Under the pieces are notes generated by a model. It was not told the origin of the DNA, ran no database searches, and worked only from the letters and a program-made list of their open reading frames with translations. DNA of 48,820 nt from the NCBI GenBank assembly GCA_047623125.1, contig JBLHNV010000001.1, positions 1 through 48,820 of the forward strand, read 5' to 3'. Shown here in pieces: positions 36,918 through 47,101 of this stretch (position 1 is its first letter; every line of letters begins with the position of its first letter). Both the position numbers and the translations under genes were made by a program. Source of the stretch: Janthinobacterium sp. (lineage in GTDB: Bacteria > Pseudomonadota > Gammaproteobacteria > Burkholderiales > Burkholderiaceae_D).

Positions 36918-39830
36918 TTATGCGATCGTGCGCGTTTCACCGCGACCGAACAGATTGCTGACGCAGCGAGTGCACAAGGTCGTGTGCTCGGCATGCGCGC
37001 CGACATCTTGCCGATAGTGCCAGCAGCGCTCACACTTGGCTGCGCTTGATGCGCTGACGGCAATGCTTTCTTCTGCCGCCGTTGCCACTTCAGACACCTG
37101 CACCTGGGACGTGATGAAAACGAATTTCAAGTCATCGCCCAGGCTTGCCAGTAGCGCGAATTTGGCACCGCTCGCTTTGATCGACAATTCTGCCTGCAGC
37201 GATGAGCCGATGTTGCCGGCGCTGCGCACTTCTTCGAGTTGCTTGGTCACGTCGGTGCGTACCGCGCGCAGCAGAGCGAACTTTTCCAGCAATGCGGTGC
37301 CATCTTCAACCTGCGGCACATCCCAGTAGGTTTGCGTGAAAATGGTTTCATCGCTGGCCTGAAAAGCGTCGCCGGCGGCGAAGATGGCCCACGCTTCTTC
37401 GGCCGTGAACGACAGCGTCGGCGCCATCACGCGCAGCAAGCTTTGCGTGATGTGCCACAGCGCGGTCTGGGCCGAGCGGCGCGCCTTCGACGTCAGGCTG
37501 GACGTGTATAAACGATCTTTCAGGATGTCGAGGTAAAAGCCACCCAGGTCTTCCGAGCAGTAGGTTTGCAACTTCGAGATCACCGGATGGAACTCGTAAC
37601 GCTCGTAATGCGCCAGGATCTCCGCTTGCAATTGCGCGATGCTGGCCAGCGCATGACGGTCGATATCGAGCATCTCAGCGACCGGCACCGCATCCGTGAC
37701 CGGGTTAAAGTCGGACGTATTGGCCAGCAGGAAGCGCAGCGTGTTGCGGATGCGGCGGTATGATTCGGTGACCCGTTTCAGGATTTCATCCGAGATCGAC
37801 AATTCGCCCGAATAATCGGTTGAAGCGACCCACAGGCGCAAGATGTCGGCGCCCAGCGTATCCGAAATCTTTTGCGGTGCGACGACGTTGCCTTTCGACT
37901 TGGACATCTTCTTGCCTTCGCCATCGACCGCGAAACCGTGCGTCAGCAAGGCCTTGTACGGCGCGCAGCCGTTGAGCATTGACGACGTCAGCAGCGAGGA
38001 ATGGAACCAGCCGCGATGCTGGTCCGAGCCTTCCAGATACAGATCGGCCGGGAATTGCAATTGGCTTGAGTGCGAACCCTTGCCTGCAGGTCCGCCCAGC
38101 ACGGTCTGGTGGGTGGAGCCGGAGTCGAACCAGACGTCGAGCGTGTCCCTGTTCTTCACATACATCGCGCAATCGTCGCCCAGCAGCACCTGCGGTTCCA
38201 GCGTCAGCCAGGCGCCAATGCCATCTTTTTCGATCAGTTGCGCGACCTGTTCGAGCAGTTCGGGCGTTCTTGGATGCAGTTCGCCACTTTCCTTGTGCAC
38301 GAAGAACGCCATCGGCACGCCCCATTGGCGCTGGCGCGACAGCGTCCAGTCGGGCCGGTTCGCGATCATGCCGTGCAAGCGGGCCTGGCCCCAGTCCGGG
38401 AAGAAGCGCGTGGCGGCGATCGCGGCCAGTGCAGTTTCGCGCAGTGTGGCGCCACCATTCTTGGGCGTGAGGTCCATGCCGGCGAACCATTGCGAGGTGG
38501 CGCGGTAAATGATCGGCGTCTTGTGGCGCCAGCAATGCATGTAGCTGTGTTCGAACATCTTCAGGTGCAACAGCGTGCCGGCCGCTGTCATCGCGTCGCA
38601 GATCGGCTTCGACGCTTCCCAGATCGACATGCCGCCGAACAGTGGCAGCCACGATGCGTATTTGCCATCGCCCATTACCGGTTTCAGGATGTCGTCATCG
38701 GTGATGCCGTGCGCCCTGCAGGAAAGGAAGTCGTCGACGCCATAAGCGGGCGCCGAATGCACGATGCCGGTGCCGCTCTCGGTGGTGACATATTCTGCCA
38801 GGTAAAGCGGCGCCAGGCGCTCGTAGCCGGCGTGCTGCGTGGCCAGCGGATGGTGGAAGCGGATGCCAGCCAGCGCGGCGCCTGCGCAAGTAGCGATGAT
38901 GCTGCCCACGCGCTGGTAGCGTGCCAAACACGACTCAACCAGATCCTGGGCCAGGATCAGCAGCGCGCCAGCGGGCTGCGTTTCGACCAGTGCGTAAGTG
39001 ATTTCCGGATGTGCGTTCAGCGCCTGATTGGAGGGGATCGTCCAAGGCGTCGTGGTCCAGATCACGATCTGGCCATCGCTCGATGGCAGTGCATCGAGGC
39101 CGAAGGCGGCGGCGACCTTGGCCGGTTCGGCGAACGGGAAGCCGACATCGATCGCGGGGTCGCGCTTATCCTGGTATTCGACTTCCGCTTCGGCCAGGGC
39201 CGAGCCGCAATCGAAACACCAGTTGACCGGCTTCAAGCCGCGATACACATAGCCTTTGTCGAGCAGGGTGCCGAGCGCGCGCAATTCATCGGCTTCATTG
39301 CCGTAGTCCATCGTCAGGTAGGGCTGGTCCCAGTCGCCCAGCACGCCGAGTCGGATGAAATCCTTCTTTTGACGCTCGACCTGTTCGGTCGCATAGCTGC
39401 GCGCCTTGCTCAGCACGTCGGCGGTCGGCAGGTTCTTGCCATACTGTTTTTCGATCTGGATCTCGATCGGCATGCCGTGGCAATCCCAGCCCGGCACGTA
39501 TGGCGCATCGAAACCGGCCATCGTGCGGGCCTTGATGATCATGTCTTTCAGGATCTTGTTGACCGCGTGGCCGATGTGGATATCGCCATTTGCATACGGC
39601 GGGCCGTCGTGCAGGATGAATTTGGGGCGTCCGGCAGCGGCCTTGCGGATGCGCTGGTAGATTTTCTTGTCTTGCCATTGCTGCACCCATTGCGGCTCGC
39701 GCTTGGCCATGTCGCCGCGCATCGGAAAGGGTGTCTCGGTCATGTTGACCGGATATTTGCTGACCGGCTTCTTGCCTGACTTTGGCTGTTTTTGCGTCTG
39801 GGGTGCGACTGGTTTATTGGTATCGGACAT
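36918..39830 (-). CDS. ileS: Isoleucine--tRNA ligase (type 1)
   Basis: [24 protein letters not shown]-terminal CERC...CTRC zinc finger. Confidence 0.98.
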   Translation of the reverse strand: MSDTNKPVAPQTQKQPKSGKKPVSKYPVNMTETPFPMRGDMAKREPQWVQQWQDKKIYQRIRKAAAGRPKFILHDGPPYANGDIHIGHAVNKILKDMIIKARTMAGFDAPYVPGWDCHGMPIEIQIEKQYGKNLPTADVLSKARSYATEQVERQKKDFIRLGVLGDWDQPYLTMDYGNEADELRALGTLLDKGYVYRGLKPVNWCFDCGSALAEAEVEYQDKRDPAIDVGFPFAEPAKVAAAFGLDALPSSDGQIVIWTTTPWTIPSNQALNAHPEITYALVETQPAGALLILAQDLVESCLARYQRVGSIIATCAGAALAGIRFHHPLATQHAGYERLAPLYLAEYVTTESGTGIVHSAPAYGVDDFLSCRAHGITDDDILKPVMGDGKYASWLPLFGGMSIWEASKPICDAMTAAGTLLHLKMFEHSYMHCWRHKTPIIYRATSQWFAGMDLTPKNGGATLRETALAAIAATRFFPDWGQARLHGMIANRPDWTLSRQRQWGVPMAFFVHKESGELHPRTPELLEQVAQLIEKDGIGAWLTLEPQVLLGDDCAMYVKNRDTLDVWFDSGSTHQTVLGGPAGKGSHSSQLQFPADLYLEGSDQHRGWFHSSLLTSSMLNGCAPYKALLTHGFAVDGEGKKMSKSKGNVVAPQKISDTLGADILRLWVASTDYSGELSISDEILKRVTESYRRIRNTLRFLLANTSDFNPVTDAVPVAEMLDIDRHALASIAQLQAEILAHYERYEFHPVISKLQTYCSEDLGGFYLDILKDRLYTSSLTSKARRSAQTALWHITQSLLRVMAPTLSFTAEEAWAIFAAGDAFQASDETIFTQTYWDVPQVEDGTALLEKFALLRAVRTDVTKQLEEVRSAGNIGSSLQAELSIKASGAKFALLASLGDDLKFVFITSQVQVSEVATAAEESIAVSASSAAKCERCWHYRQDVGAHAEHTTLCTRCVSNLFGRGETRTIA

Positions 39831-39899
39831 ATTTTTTCTTTAAGGTGTGTGTTCGGGCGCGCCCGCGCGCAGCGCAAAATAAGAGTGCTGGCGACGGCG

Positions 39900-40871
39900 T
39901 CAAATTCGGTCAGTCGCGGTGATGCTCGTGCGCTGCTGCGCGAAATAGGCGCGCGCGCGCAGAGAGTCTTGCGCGATCGCCGCCGTAAGCGTCGGCAAGT
40001 CTGCGTATTTTTCTTCATCGCGCAGCTTTTCCAAAAATTCGACGCGCACCAGCTTGCCGTAGCACGCCGCGCTATAGTCGAATAGATGCACTTCGAGCAG
40101 TACGCGGCCGCTGTCGTCAACGGTCGGGCGCACGCCCAGGCTGGCGACCGCCGGCAATGGCCGCGGACCTAGTCCGTGCACTTGAACGACGAAGATGCCC
40201 GATAGCGCAGGGCGGTGCGCGACGCGCAGGTTCAGTGTCGGAAAACCGAGCGTGCGGCCCAGCTTCTGGCCGTGGACCACATGGCCGGAAATCGCATACG
40301 GGTGGCCCAGCAATTTCTCTGCATGCGCAAAATCGGCGCTGGCCAGTGCGCTGCGCACGGCCGACGACGAAATGCGCGTGTTGTCGTTCATCACCGTCGG
40401 CAGCGTCGTCACGTGGAAGCCGTATTGTTTGCCCGCTTCGATCAGCATCTCGACATTGCCGGCGCGCCGGGCGCCGTAACAAAAGTCATCGCCGACCATC
40501 AGCCATTTGACATGCAAGCCATCGACTAGCACCCGTTCGGTAAATTCGCGCGGGCTCAAAGCGGCGAAATGGGTGCTGAAGTGCTCGACGATGACACGGT
40601 CGATGCCATTTGCCGACAGCGATTGCAATTTGTCGCGCAAATTGGCGATGCGCGGCGGTGACTTGCTGATGTCGCCTGCGCGCGCCGAGAAAAACTCGCG
40701 CGGATGGGGTTCGAACGTCATGACAGCCGCTTCCAGATGCAAGTCGGTAGCGGCGCTGCGTACGCGCGCAAGCAAGGCTTGATGGCCGTAGTGCACGCCG
40801 TCAAAGTTGCCGATGGTAAGTGCGCAAGGCGTACGCGCCTCGGCATTGGGAAGTCCGCGGAATACCTTCAT
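39900..40871 (-). CDS. ribF: Bifunctional riboflavin kinase/FAD synthetase
   Basis: IGNFDGVH, ISSS, GRTLGFPTLN, EVHL motifs. Confidence 0.97.
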   Translation of the reverse strand: MKVFRGLPNAEARTPCALTIGNFDGVHYGHQALLARVRSAATDLHLEAAVMTFEPHPREFFSARAGDISKSPPRIANLRDKLQSLSANGIDRVIVEHFSTHFAALSPREFTERVLVDGLHVKWLMVGDDFCYGARRAGNVEMLIEAGKQYGFHVTTLPTVMNDNTRISSSAVRSALASADFAHAEKLLGHPYAISGHVVHGQKLGRTLGFPTLNLRVAHRPALSGIFVVQVHGLGPRPLPAVASLGVRPTVDDSGRVLLEVHLFDYSAACYGKLVRVEFLEKLRDEEKYADLPTLTAAIAQDSLRARAYFAQQRTSITATDRI

Positions 40872-40926
40872 GGGAATGGTCGTGAAAACTGTCGCAAAGT
40901 GGTGAGTAAATGGCGGATAAATGCGT

Positions 40927-40960
40927 GATTATACCGGTGGATTATACCGGTGGATTATAC
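40927..40960 (-). repeat. 13-bp tandem repeat (2.6 copies), each containing a minus-strand TATAAT
   Basis: GATTATACCGGTG GATTATACCGGTG GATTATAC upstream of ribF. Confidence 0.85.
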
Positions 40961-41035
40961 GGACAATCGCGCAACAGTTGCGCGGATGCACACTCGGGGC
41001 CGGGACCGGGGTCACATTTTGGCCGGAAAAAAACC

Positions 41036-41072
41036 AAAAGCGATGCCTGCAGTGCGCAGAGATCGCTTTTTT
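41036..41072. terminator. Bidirectional-type terminator after the TPR gene
   Basis: AAAAGCGAT...ATCGCTTTT with inner CTGC/GCAG. Confidence 0.6.
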
Positions 41073-41108
41073 CGGGGCTTGGACCGGCGCCGGTGCCTGT
41101 ATTGAAGG

Positions 41109-42365
41109 CTACAGTGGACGGTTGAGGTGCAAAATCCAGTAGCGCGCCAGATCGGCCGCGCCATTTTTGCCTTGTACCGATTTCAGCGCTGATATTGCAT
41201 TCGTCTTCTTGCCAGCAATCGCATAAGCGATACCCAGATGCAATTTAACTTCGTCAGGGTGCTTTAATGCGCCCATCTTGACCGCTTGCGTCATCAAGGC
41301 CAGGCCAGCGTCGACATTTCCGTTCGATACTTGCGCAAAGCCGAGCGCGGCGAGGCCATCGGCATTCTTTTTCTTGAACAGTTCGGCTTCGTCGGTTGCC
41401 AATGTTTTCGCGTCAGCAGCCTGGTTTTTCAGCGCCAGTTCTTTCAGGCGCAGGTGGCGCGCCGCGTCGCGACCGGTGCCCAGCGCGCCGCTCTTGTAGC
41501 CTTGCTCGATGACTTTCAGCGCTTCGGCCGGATTGTGCGCCAGCAGTGACAATTGGCCCATTTCCATGTAGTGGGCCGGTTTGCTGATCAAGCCGTTGGC
41601 CAGTTTGAGGCGCATCACATCGAGTCCGAGCCGGTTTGAAAATCCGGGCTTGCCTGATACGCGGTTCAGCAAGTCGGCCCAGTAGCTCGCTTTCGGGTAG
41701 CTGGCGGCGAGTTTTTCCAGCGTGGCCACGTAACTTGCCTTGTCGCCTTGTTTCAGCTCGATGTTGGCCAGCATTTGCAATTGCGCTTCCGACGCGCCGC
41801 GGCCGGTCTGTGCAGTCAGTTCCTTCGCCGCTTGCGCGTAATTGCCGCTCAGGTAGTAAGTCTGTACCAGCAAGTCGCGCATCTGCGTATTTTCGCCATC
41901 TTTCAGCGAACGGTTGATCCAGACGATTGCTTTCGGCCAATTCTTGGTGCGGTAATACATACCGGCCAGCGCTTGCGTAAATTTGGGAACGTTGGCCGCA
42001 GACAAGCGGCCCGAGTTCAGCACGAATTCGAATGATTTGGCAGCCATCTGGTTGTCGCCGGCGCCAACGGCGGCGTTGCCGCGCACGTACTCGATCTGGT
42101 ACTGCTCGAACGGTGTCTTGGCGGCCACACGGTCAGCGTCGCGCAACTTGGCCAAAGCTTCCTTGTGCTTGCCCGAAGACGTCAGTTTTTGTGCTTCCTG
42201 CAGCGGCTTGCCGATTTCCGCACGCACGGTGTCGGCCGCGTGCGCGAGCGCACCGATGCCGAGCAAGGGCGGTGCCAGCGCAAGGCCGATGGCAGCCATC
42301 AACAGGCCAGTGAGCACGCGTGAGCGCAAACCACGCAACATGCAATCGAGACGAAATGGGGACAT
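41109..42365 (-). CDS. Exported TPR-like all-helical protein associated with the TonB cluster
   Basis: Signal-like segment ending AHA-AD; repeated helical A/Y/L patterns (e.g. LHLGIAYAIAGKKTNAI); start uncertain. Confidence 0.75.
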   Translation of the reverse strand: MSPFRLDCMLRGLRSRVLTGLLMAAIGLALAPPLLGIGALAHAADTVRAEIGKPLQEAQKLTSSGKHKEALAKLRDADRVAAKTPFEQYQIEYVRGNAAVGAGDNQMAAKSFEFVLNSGRLSAANVPKFTQALAGMYYRTKNWPKAIVWINRSLKDGENTQMRDLLVQTYYLSGNYAQAAKELTAQTGRGASEAQLQMLANIELKQGDKASYVATLEKLAASYPKASYWADLLNRVSGKPGFSNRLGLDVMRLKLANGLISKPAHYMEMGQLSLLAHNPAEALKVIEQGYKSGALGTGRDAARHLRLKELALKNQAADAKTLATDEAELFKKKNADGLAALGFAQVSNGNVDAGLALMTQAVKMGALKHPDEVKLHLGIAYAIAGKKTNAISALKSVQGKNGAADLARYWILHLNRPL

Positions 42366-42472
42366 GGATATTCTTTCAGTAAAAACGAGGCAGGGGGGAG
42401 CGGCTGCGCACCCTGCAAATGCGCGATGTATGCATTGGGATTGCGCGTTGCCGCACTGCAGACGTCGATCCG

Positions 42473-42901
42473 TTACTGGAACTGCTCGTTTCCAATCAGC
42501 CCGATCTTGGTCACGCCCAGGCGCTGCGCCGTTGCCATCACGCCAGCCACCGATTTGTACAACACCAGCTTGTTCGGACGCAGATGCACTTCCGGCTGGT
42601 TCGCTTGCGCGGCGACGCCTTGCAGCTTGGCCTCTAACGTGGCGCGGTCCGGCACGACCGTGTTGTCCCACAAAATGGTGCCATCGAAATCGACGTCGAT
42701 CGTGACGATCACCGGTTCTGCGGTGACCGGTGGTGGCGTGCCGACCGGCATGTTCAGGTTGACCGAATGATTTTGCTTCGGAATCGTGATGATCAGCATG
42801 ATGATCAATACCAGCATCACGTCGATCAACGGCGTCATGTTCATTTCCATCATGGGTTCCGGATCAGCCTTGCTGTTGTCGGAGCCGATATTCATGCTCA
42901 T
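42473..42901 (-). CDS. exbD: Biopolymer transport protein ExbD/TolR
   Basis: MNMTPLIDVMLVLIIM motif. Confidence 0.92.
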   Translation of the reverse strand: MSMNIGSDNSKADPEPMMEMNMTPLIDVMLVLIIMLIITIPKQNHSVNLNMPVGTPPPVTAEPVIVTIDVDFDGTILWDNTVVPDRATLEAKLQGVAAQANQPEVHLRPNKLVLYKSVAGVMATAQRLGVTKIGLIGNEQFQ

Positions 42902-42996
42902 GGTGTGTCCTTGAAAAAATAATCACTACCAGTCAAACCAGGCCCGCAAGCGCTGCGGCAACTGGCACCAGCGCTTGTCGCTAGCGGCAGGGCTGG

Positions 42997-43428
42997 TCAG
43001 TTTTTGTCCGGCGGTTCGGTGATGAAACCGACCTTCTGGATGCCGGCGCGCTGGGCCGTGTAGATCACCTTGCCGATGTATTCGTAGCGCACATTCTGGT
43101 CGCCACGTATATGCACTTCCGGTTGCTGCGCCTTGGCGGCCTCGACTTTCAGGAAGTCGAACAACGCATCGGTATCTTTCAGCCGGGTCTGGTTCCAGTA
43201 CATCTCGCCATCCTGGTTGACGACGATATTGACGTTTTCCGGTTTGGCTTTCAAGATCTGGTTGGTCTCCGATGGCAGATTAATCTTTTGTAATTTGAGC
43301 ACCACCGGACTCGTGATCAAAAAGATGATGAGCAAAACCAACATGATGTCGACCAGCGGCGTCGTGTTGATTTCAGACATGACCTGATCTTCATCCGCAT
43401 TGCTATCGGAGCCGATGTTCATCGACAT
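42997..43428 (-). CDS. exbD: Biopolymer transport protein ExbD/TolR
   Basis: INTTPLVDIMLVLLIIF, IRGD motifs. Confidence 0.92.
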   Translation of the reverse strand: MSMNIGSDSNADEDQVMSEINTTPLVDIMLVLLIIFLITSPVVLKLQKINLPSETNQILKAKPENVNIVVNQDGEMYWNQTRLKDTDALFDFLKVEAAKAQQPEVHIRGDQNVRYEYIGKVIYTAQRAGIQKVGFITEPPDKN

Positions 43429-43431
43429 GAT

Positions 43432-44286
43432 TTATCCAATCTTTTTTGCGCCGGCAGCGCGGCCGGCTTCGCTGGTCGACATTGCGCCGGAAATCAGCAC
43501 TGAGTGCACGTCGGCGCCGAAAGAACGCACATCCTCCATCGCGCTCTTGTTGCGGCGCAACAGCCAGTTATAACCCAGCACGGCCGGCACCGCGACGAAC
43601 AAGCCGAACGCGGTCATGATCAACGCTTCGCCGACCGGACCGGCGACCTTGTCGATCGAGGCATTGCCGGTCATGCCGATGTTGGTCAGCGCACCGTAGA
43701 TGCCCCATACGGTGCCGAACAAGCCGATGAACGGTGCGGTCGAACCGACGGTGGCCAGGAACGACAAGCCATCTTGCAAACGCGACTGAACTTTGTCGAC
43801 GGCGCGCTGGATCGACATCGTAACCCAGGTCGACAGATCGATCTGTTCCAGCAGTGCACCGTCATGATGCACGGTCGCCTTGGTGCCCGATTCGGCAATG
43901 AAGCGAAACGGGCTGCCTTCTTCCAGCGTGCTTGAACCGGCGGCGATCGAGGATGACTTCCAGAACTTGCTGGAGACTTCCTTCGCTTGTCTGAAGATTT
44001 TCATCTGGTCGATCAGTTTGGTGACGATGATGTACCAGCTGCCCATCGACATCAGCGCCAGGATCAGCAACGTGGCGCGCGGCACGAAGCCGCCTGCCCA
44101 CACCGCCTCGATGCCGAACGGATTGTGCACTTCTTCTTTTTCGCCAACCTTGGGCGCATCTGCCATCGGCGCACTGGTTTCAAGCGCCGGGGTTGCGGCG
44201 GGGGCCTGGGCGTATGCCGGTGCTGCTAACAGCGAGGTCAGCGATAACAGGACTGCGGCAACGGTCATGCGGATATTCTTGAACAT
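43432..44286 (-). CDS. exbB: MotA/TolQ/ExbB proton channel with N-terminal signal-like extension
   Basis: LATVGSTAPFIGLFGTVWGI, GEALIMTAFGL motifs. Confidence 0.93.
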   Translation of the reverse strand: MFKNIRMTVAAVLLSLTSLLAAPAYAQAPAATPALETSAPMADAPKVGEKEEVHNPFGIEAVWAGGFVPRATLLILALMSMGSWYIIVTKLIDQMKIFRQAKEVSSKFWKSSSIAAGSSTLEEGSPFRFIAESGTKATVHHDGALLEQIDLSTWVTMSIQRAVDKVQSRLQDGLSFLATVGSTAPFIGLFGTVWGIYGALTNIGMTGNASIDKVAGPVGEALIMTAFGLFVAVPAVLGYNWLLRRNKSAMEDVRSFGADVHSVLISGAMSTSEAGRAAGAKKIG

Positions 44287-44361
44287 GCTTGCTCCAAAAT
44301 TGTAAATTGATCAATCAACTGAATGTGGTTATATCGTAGCAGGGTGGCATCTGGTCGGGGC

Positions 44362-45036
44362 TTACTCCAGCATCCATACATACTGCATTTGCATCGACGA
44401 TTGCTCCGGCTTGCCATCGGTGGTGCCGGGCTTGAAGACGCATTTACTGATGCCGTTGACGGCTGCCTTGTCCAGATCCCGGAAGCCGCTCGACTTCATG
44501 ACCTTCGATTCGATCACGCGGCCATCGACCCCGATCACGAATTCCAGCGTCACGGTACCGGTTTCTTCGTTGCGCAGCGACGACCTTGGCCATTCGGGCT
44601 TGGCGCAATTGCTGAAGTTGGCGACCGCAGCGGTGCGTACCGATCTCGCTGGCGGCGCTGGCGGGGCCGGCGGTGCTGGCGGGGCCGGCGGCGCCGGCAA
44701 TGCTTTTGCCAATTCGGTTGTGACCGGCTTGGCCGTGCTCGTGTTCGCGATCACGTTCGCTACCGGTGGCGGCTGTTGCACGTTCACTTCGACAGGCGGG
44801 ATGAATGGCGGTGGCGGTGCTGTCATTTCAGGCACCGGAGGGGGCGGCGGCAGGTCTATTTTTGGTGACGCTTTCACTTCCTCGATAATTTTGGTCTCGA
44901 CTGCTTCGGCTAGTTTGGTCACCATCCGCGTGCCCAGGCCGGTGACGATTCCGTAAGCGACCAGTATATGTAAGAGGACAACAACGGTTATTCCCGTAAA
45001 ATTTTTTCCGGCATTTTTTTCATTCGAAAAATTCAT
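44362..45036 (-). CDS. tonB: Energy transducer TonB
   Basis: N-terminal TM with His (VVLLHIL), Pro-rich linker, TonB_C (WPRSSLRNEETGTV...SSGFRDLD). Confidence 0.9.
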   Translation of the reverse strand: MNFSNEKNAGKNFTGITVVVLLHILVAYGIVTGLGTRMVTKLAEAVETKIIEEVKASPKIDLPPPPPVPEMTAPPPPFIPPVEVNVQQPPPVANVIANTSTAKPVTTELAKALPAPPAPPAPPAPPAPPARSVRTAAVANFSNCAKPEWPRSSLRNEETGTVTLEFVIGVDGRVIESKVMKSSGFRDLDKAAVNGISKCVFKPGTTDGKPEQSSMQMQYVWMLE

Positions 45037-45414
45037 CCTACTTTCTCCACATACCCAAAATTTTTGTTGCAAGCAAAGCCCAAAATGACGCCCAACACAG
45101 ATCATGGTGTTGTTGACACGCGCAGATTATACCCATGAATTTTTGTTTGGCTGCGGCTCTTTCCTCGCTGAAATAGCTTGAATGGATCGCTTTTATTGCG
45201 CCCGTGCGACTTCCGGCAGCCAGGCCGCGCGCAGCGGCGCAGCTTTTTCAGCGCCGATGCCGGAACAGGTCAACAGTGAGCGTAAACGAGGGGAGAAGTC
45301 ACATGCATGGCCGTTGCAACAATCGACGCAGCACATTGCCAGACGTGATGTTGCCGATCGTGCGCATAGGGCAGCATGATGCCGTGCCGTTCAACGATTG
45401 AACCCAATATTATT

Positions 45415-45433
45415 ATAAATGAGAATCATTTCC
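45415..45433. promoter_or_regulatory. Fur box-like site
   Basis: ATAAATGAGAATCATTTCC, 13/19 to GATAATGATAATCATTATC with palindromic AAATGA-N3-TCATTT; AT-rich patch upstream of tonB. Confidence 0.65.
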
Positions 45434-45571
45434 AATTATATCGTGATCAATGAGATTGCGCCGGCACAATTGAATACTGCCAGCGGGCACGCAGCTACGC
45501 TGCCGCAAGTTGCCGTTGCGTGTCACGTTTGATGCGTGCGTTGCTAGCGCTGGAACTGCATTTGACGGCAT

Positions 45572-47101
45572 TCAAGGGCGGCGGTTGCGTTTTTCCTGTT
45601 TGCATTCGAGCGTGCTGATGACGTCGCCGTCAGGGCTGATGGTGTCGAGGTGGACGTCGAAGCCCCAGAGCCGGGCGACATGCTTCAACACTTCGTTGGC
45701 TTGCTCGTTCAACGGCCGGCGCTGGAATTGGGTATGGCGCAACGTCAGTGAACGATCGTCGCGGGTGTTGACGGACCAGACCTGGATATTCGGTTCGCGG
45801 TTGCCCAGGTTGTACTGTTCGGCCAGTTGCTGGCGTACATAGCGGTAACCGGCTTCATCGTGAATCGCTGACACCCTCAGTTTTTCATGTTTGTCATCGT
45901 CGAGCACGGCAAAGAAGTGGAATTCCCGGATCAGCTTGGGCGACAGATACTGGGCGATGAAACTTTCATCCTTGAAATTGCGCATCGCAAAGTCCAGCGT
46001 CTGGCGCCAGTTGCTGCCGACAATATCGGGAAACCAGGCCCGGTCTTCCTCGGTCGGGTGTTCGCAGATGCGCCGGATGTCGCTCATCATCGCAAAGCCG
46101 AGCGCATACGGGTTGATGCCGCTGTAATGCGCACTGTCGATCGGCGGCTGATACACGACGTTGGTATGGCTCTTCAGGAATTCCATCATGAAGCCATCGG
46201 CAACGATGCCTTCGTCGTACAACTGGTTGAGGATCGTGTAATGCCAGAAAGTGGCCCAGCCTTCATTCATGACCTGGGTCTGGCGCTGCGGGTAGAAATA
46301 CTGTGAAATCTTGCGCGTGATGCGCACGATCTCGCGCTGCCACGGTTCGAGCAGCGGTGCGTATTTCTCGATGAAGTAGAGCAAGTTTTCCTCGGGGTCG
46401 GGCGGAAAGCGCGACACGGTCATGTTGACTTCTTCCTCGGCGCGGCGCGGCACGGTGCGCCACAACTCATTGATCTGAGACTGGGCGTAGGTTTCGCGCT
46501 CCTTTTGACGCGCATATTCCTGCACCAGTGACAGCTTGGCAGGACGCTTGTAGCGATCGACGCCATAATTTTGGATCGCATGACAAGAGTCGAGCAGCAA
46601 TTCGACCGCGTCGATGCCGTGGCGCTGTTCGCATTCGGTGATGTAATTCTTGGCGAACACCATGTAATCGACGATCGCATCGGCATCGGTCCACGCGCGA
46701 AACAGATAATTGCCCTTGAAAAAAGAGTTGTGGCCATAAGCGGCATGCGCGATGACCAGTGCCTGCATGGTCAGACTGTTTTCTTCCATCAAGTAGGCGA
46801 TGCAGGGATTGGAGTTGATGACGATTTCGTATGCCAGCCCCATCTGGCCGCGCTTGTAGCTTTTTTCGGTACTCAGGAAGTGCTTGCCGAACGACCAGTG
46901 GTTGTACGACACCGGCATGCCGACCGAGGTGTAGGCATCCATCATTTGTTCGGCCGTGATGACTTCCAGCTGGTTCGGGTAAGTGTCGAGGCCGAATTGC
47001 GCGGCGACGCGGCGGATTTCATCGTGCGCCTGCTCGATCAGTTCGAAGGTCCATTCCGACTGTTCCGGCAGCGCCCGGGAGGGGACGAATTTATTGGTCA
47101 T
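45572..47101 (-). CDS. ycgB: SpoVR family protein
   Basis: HWSFGK, AYEIVINSNP, HAAYGHNSFFK, MNEGWATFWH; ATGA overlap with the upstream gene. Confidence 0.93.
   Translation of the reverse strand: MTNKFVPSRALPEQSEWTFELIEQAHDEIRRVAAQFGLDTYPNQLEVITAEQMMDAYTSVGMPVSYNHWSFGKHFLSTEKSYKRGQMGLAYEIVINSNPCIAYLMEENSLTMQALVIAHAAYGHNSFFKGNYLFRAWTDADAIVDYMVFAKNYITECEQRHGIDAVELLLDSCHAIQNYGVDRYKRPAKLSLVQEYARQKERETYAQSQINELWRTVPRRAEEEVNMTVSRFPPDPEENLLYFIEKYAPLLEPWQREIVRITRKISQYFYPQRQTQVMNEGWATFWHYTILNQLYDEGIVADGFMMEFLKSHTNVVYQPPIDSAHYSGINPYALGFAMMSDIRRICEHPTEEDRAWFPDIVGSNWRQTLDFAMRNFKDESFIAQYLSPKLIREFHFFAVLDDDKHEKLRVSAIHDEAGYRYVRQQLAEQYNLGNREPNIQVWSVNTRDDRSLTLRHTQFQRRPLNEQANEVLKHVARLWGFDVHLDTISPDGDVISTLECKQEKRNRRP

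Noticed and set aside
38070-39779. 569-aa plus-strand ORF and similar long antisense ORFs (4418-5749, 13372-14409, 27017-28192, 28786-29718)
   Set aside because: They shadow well-supported genes (ileS, livM/livG, pyrD, amiE, fmdA), as expected from high-GC codon bias, and show no recognisable motifs.
41109-42671. 520-aa TPR ORF, and extended N-termini for spoVR (47362), yeaH (48429), aat (16424), lspA (36905) and fmdA (28351)
   Set aside because: The extensions overlap neighbouring genes or intergenic repeats; downstream starts fit the RBS positions and family N-termini better.
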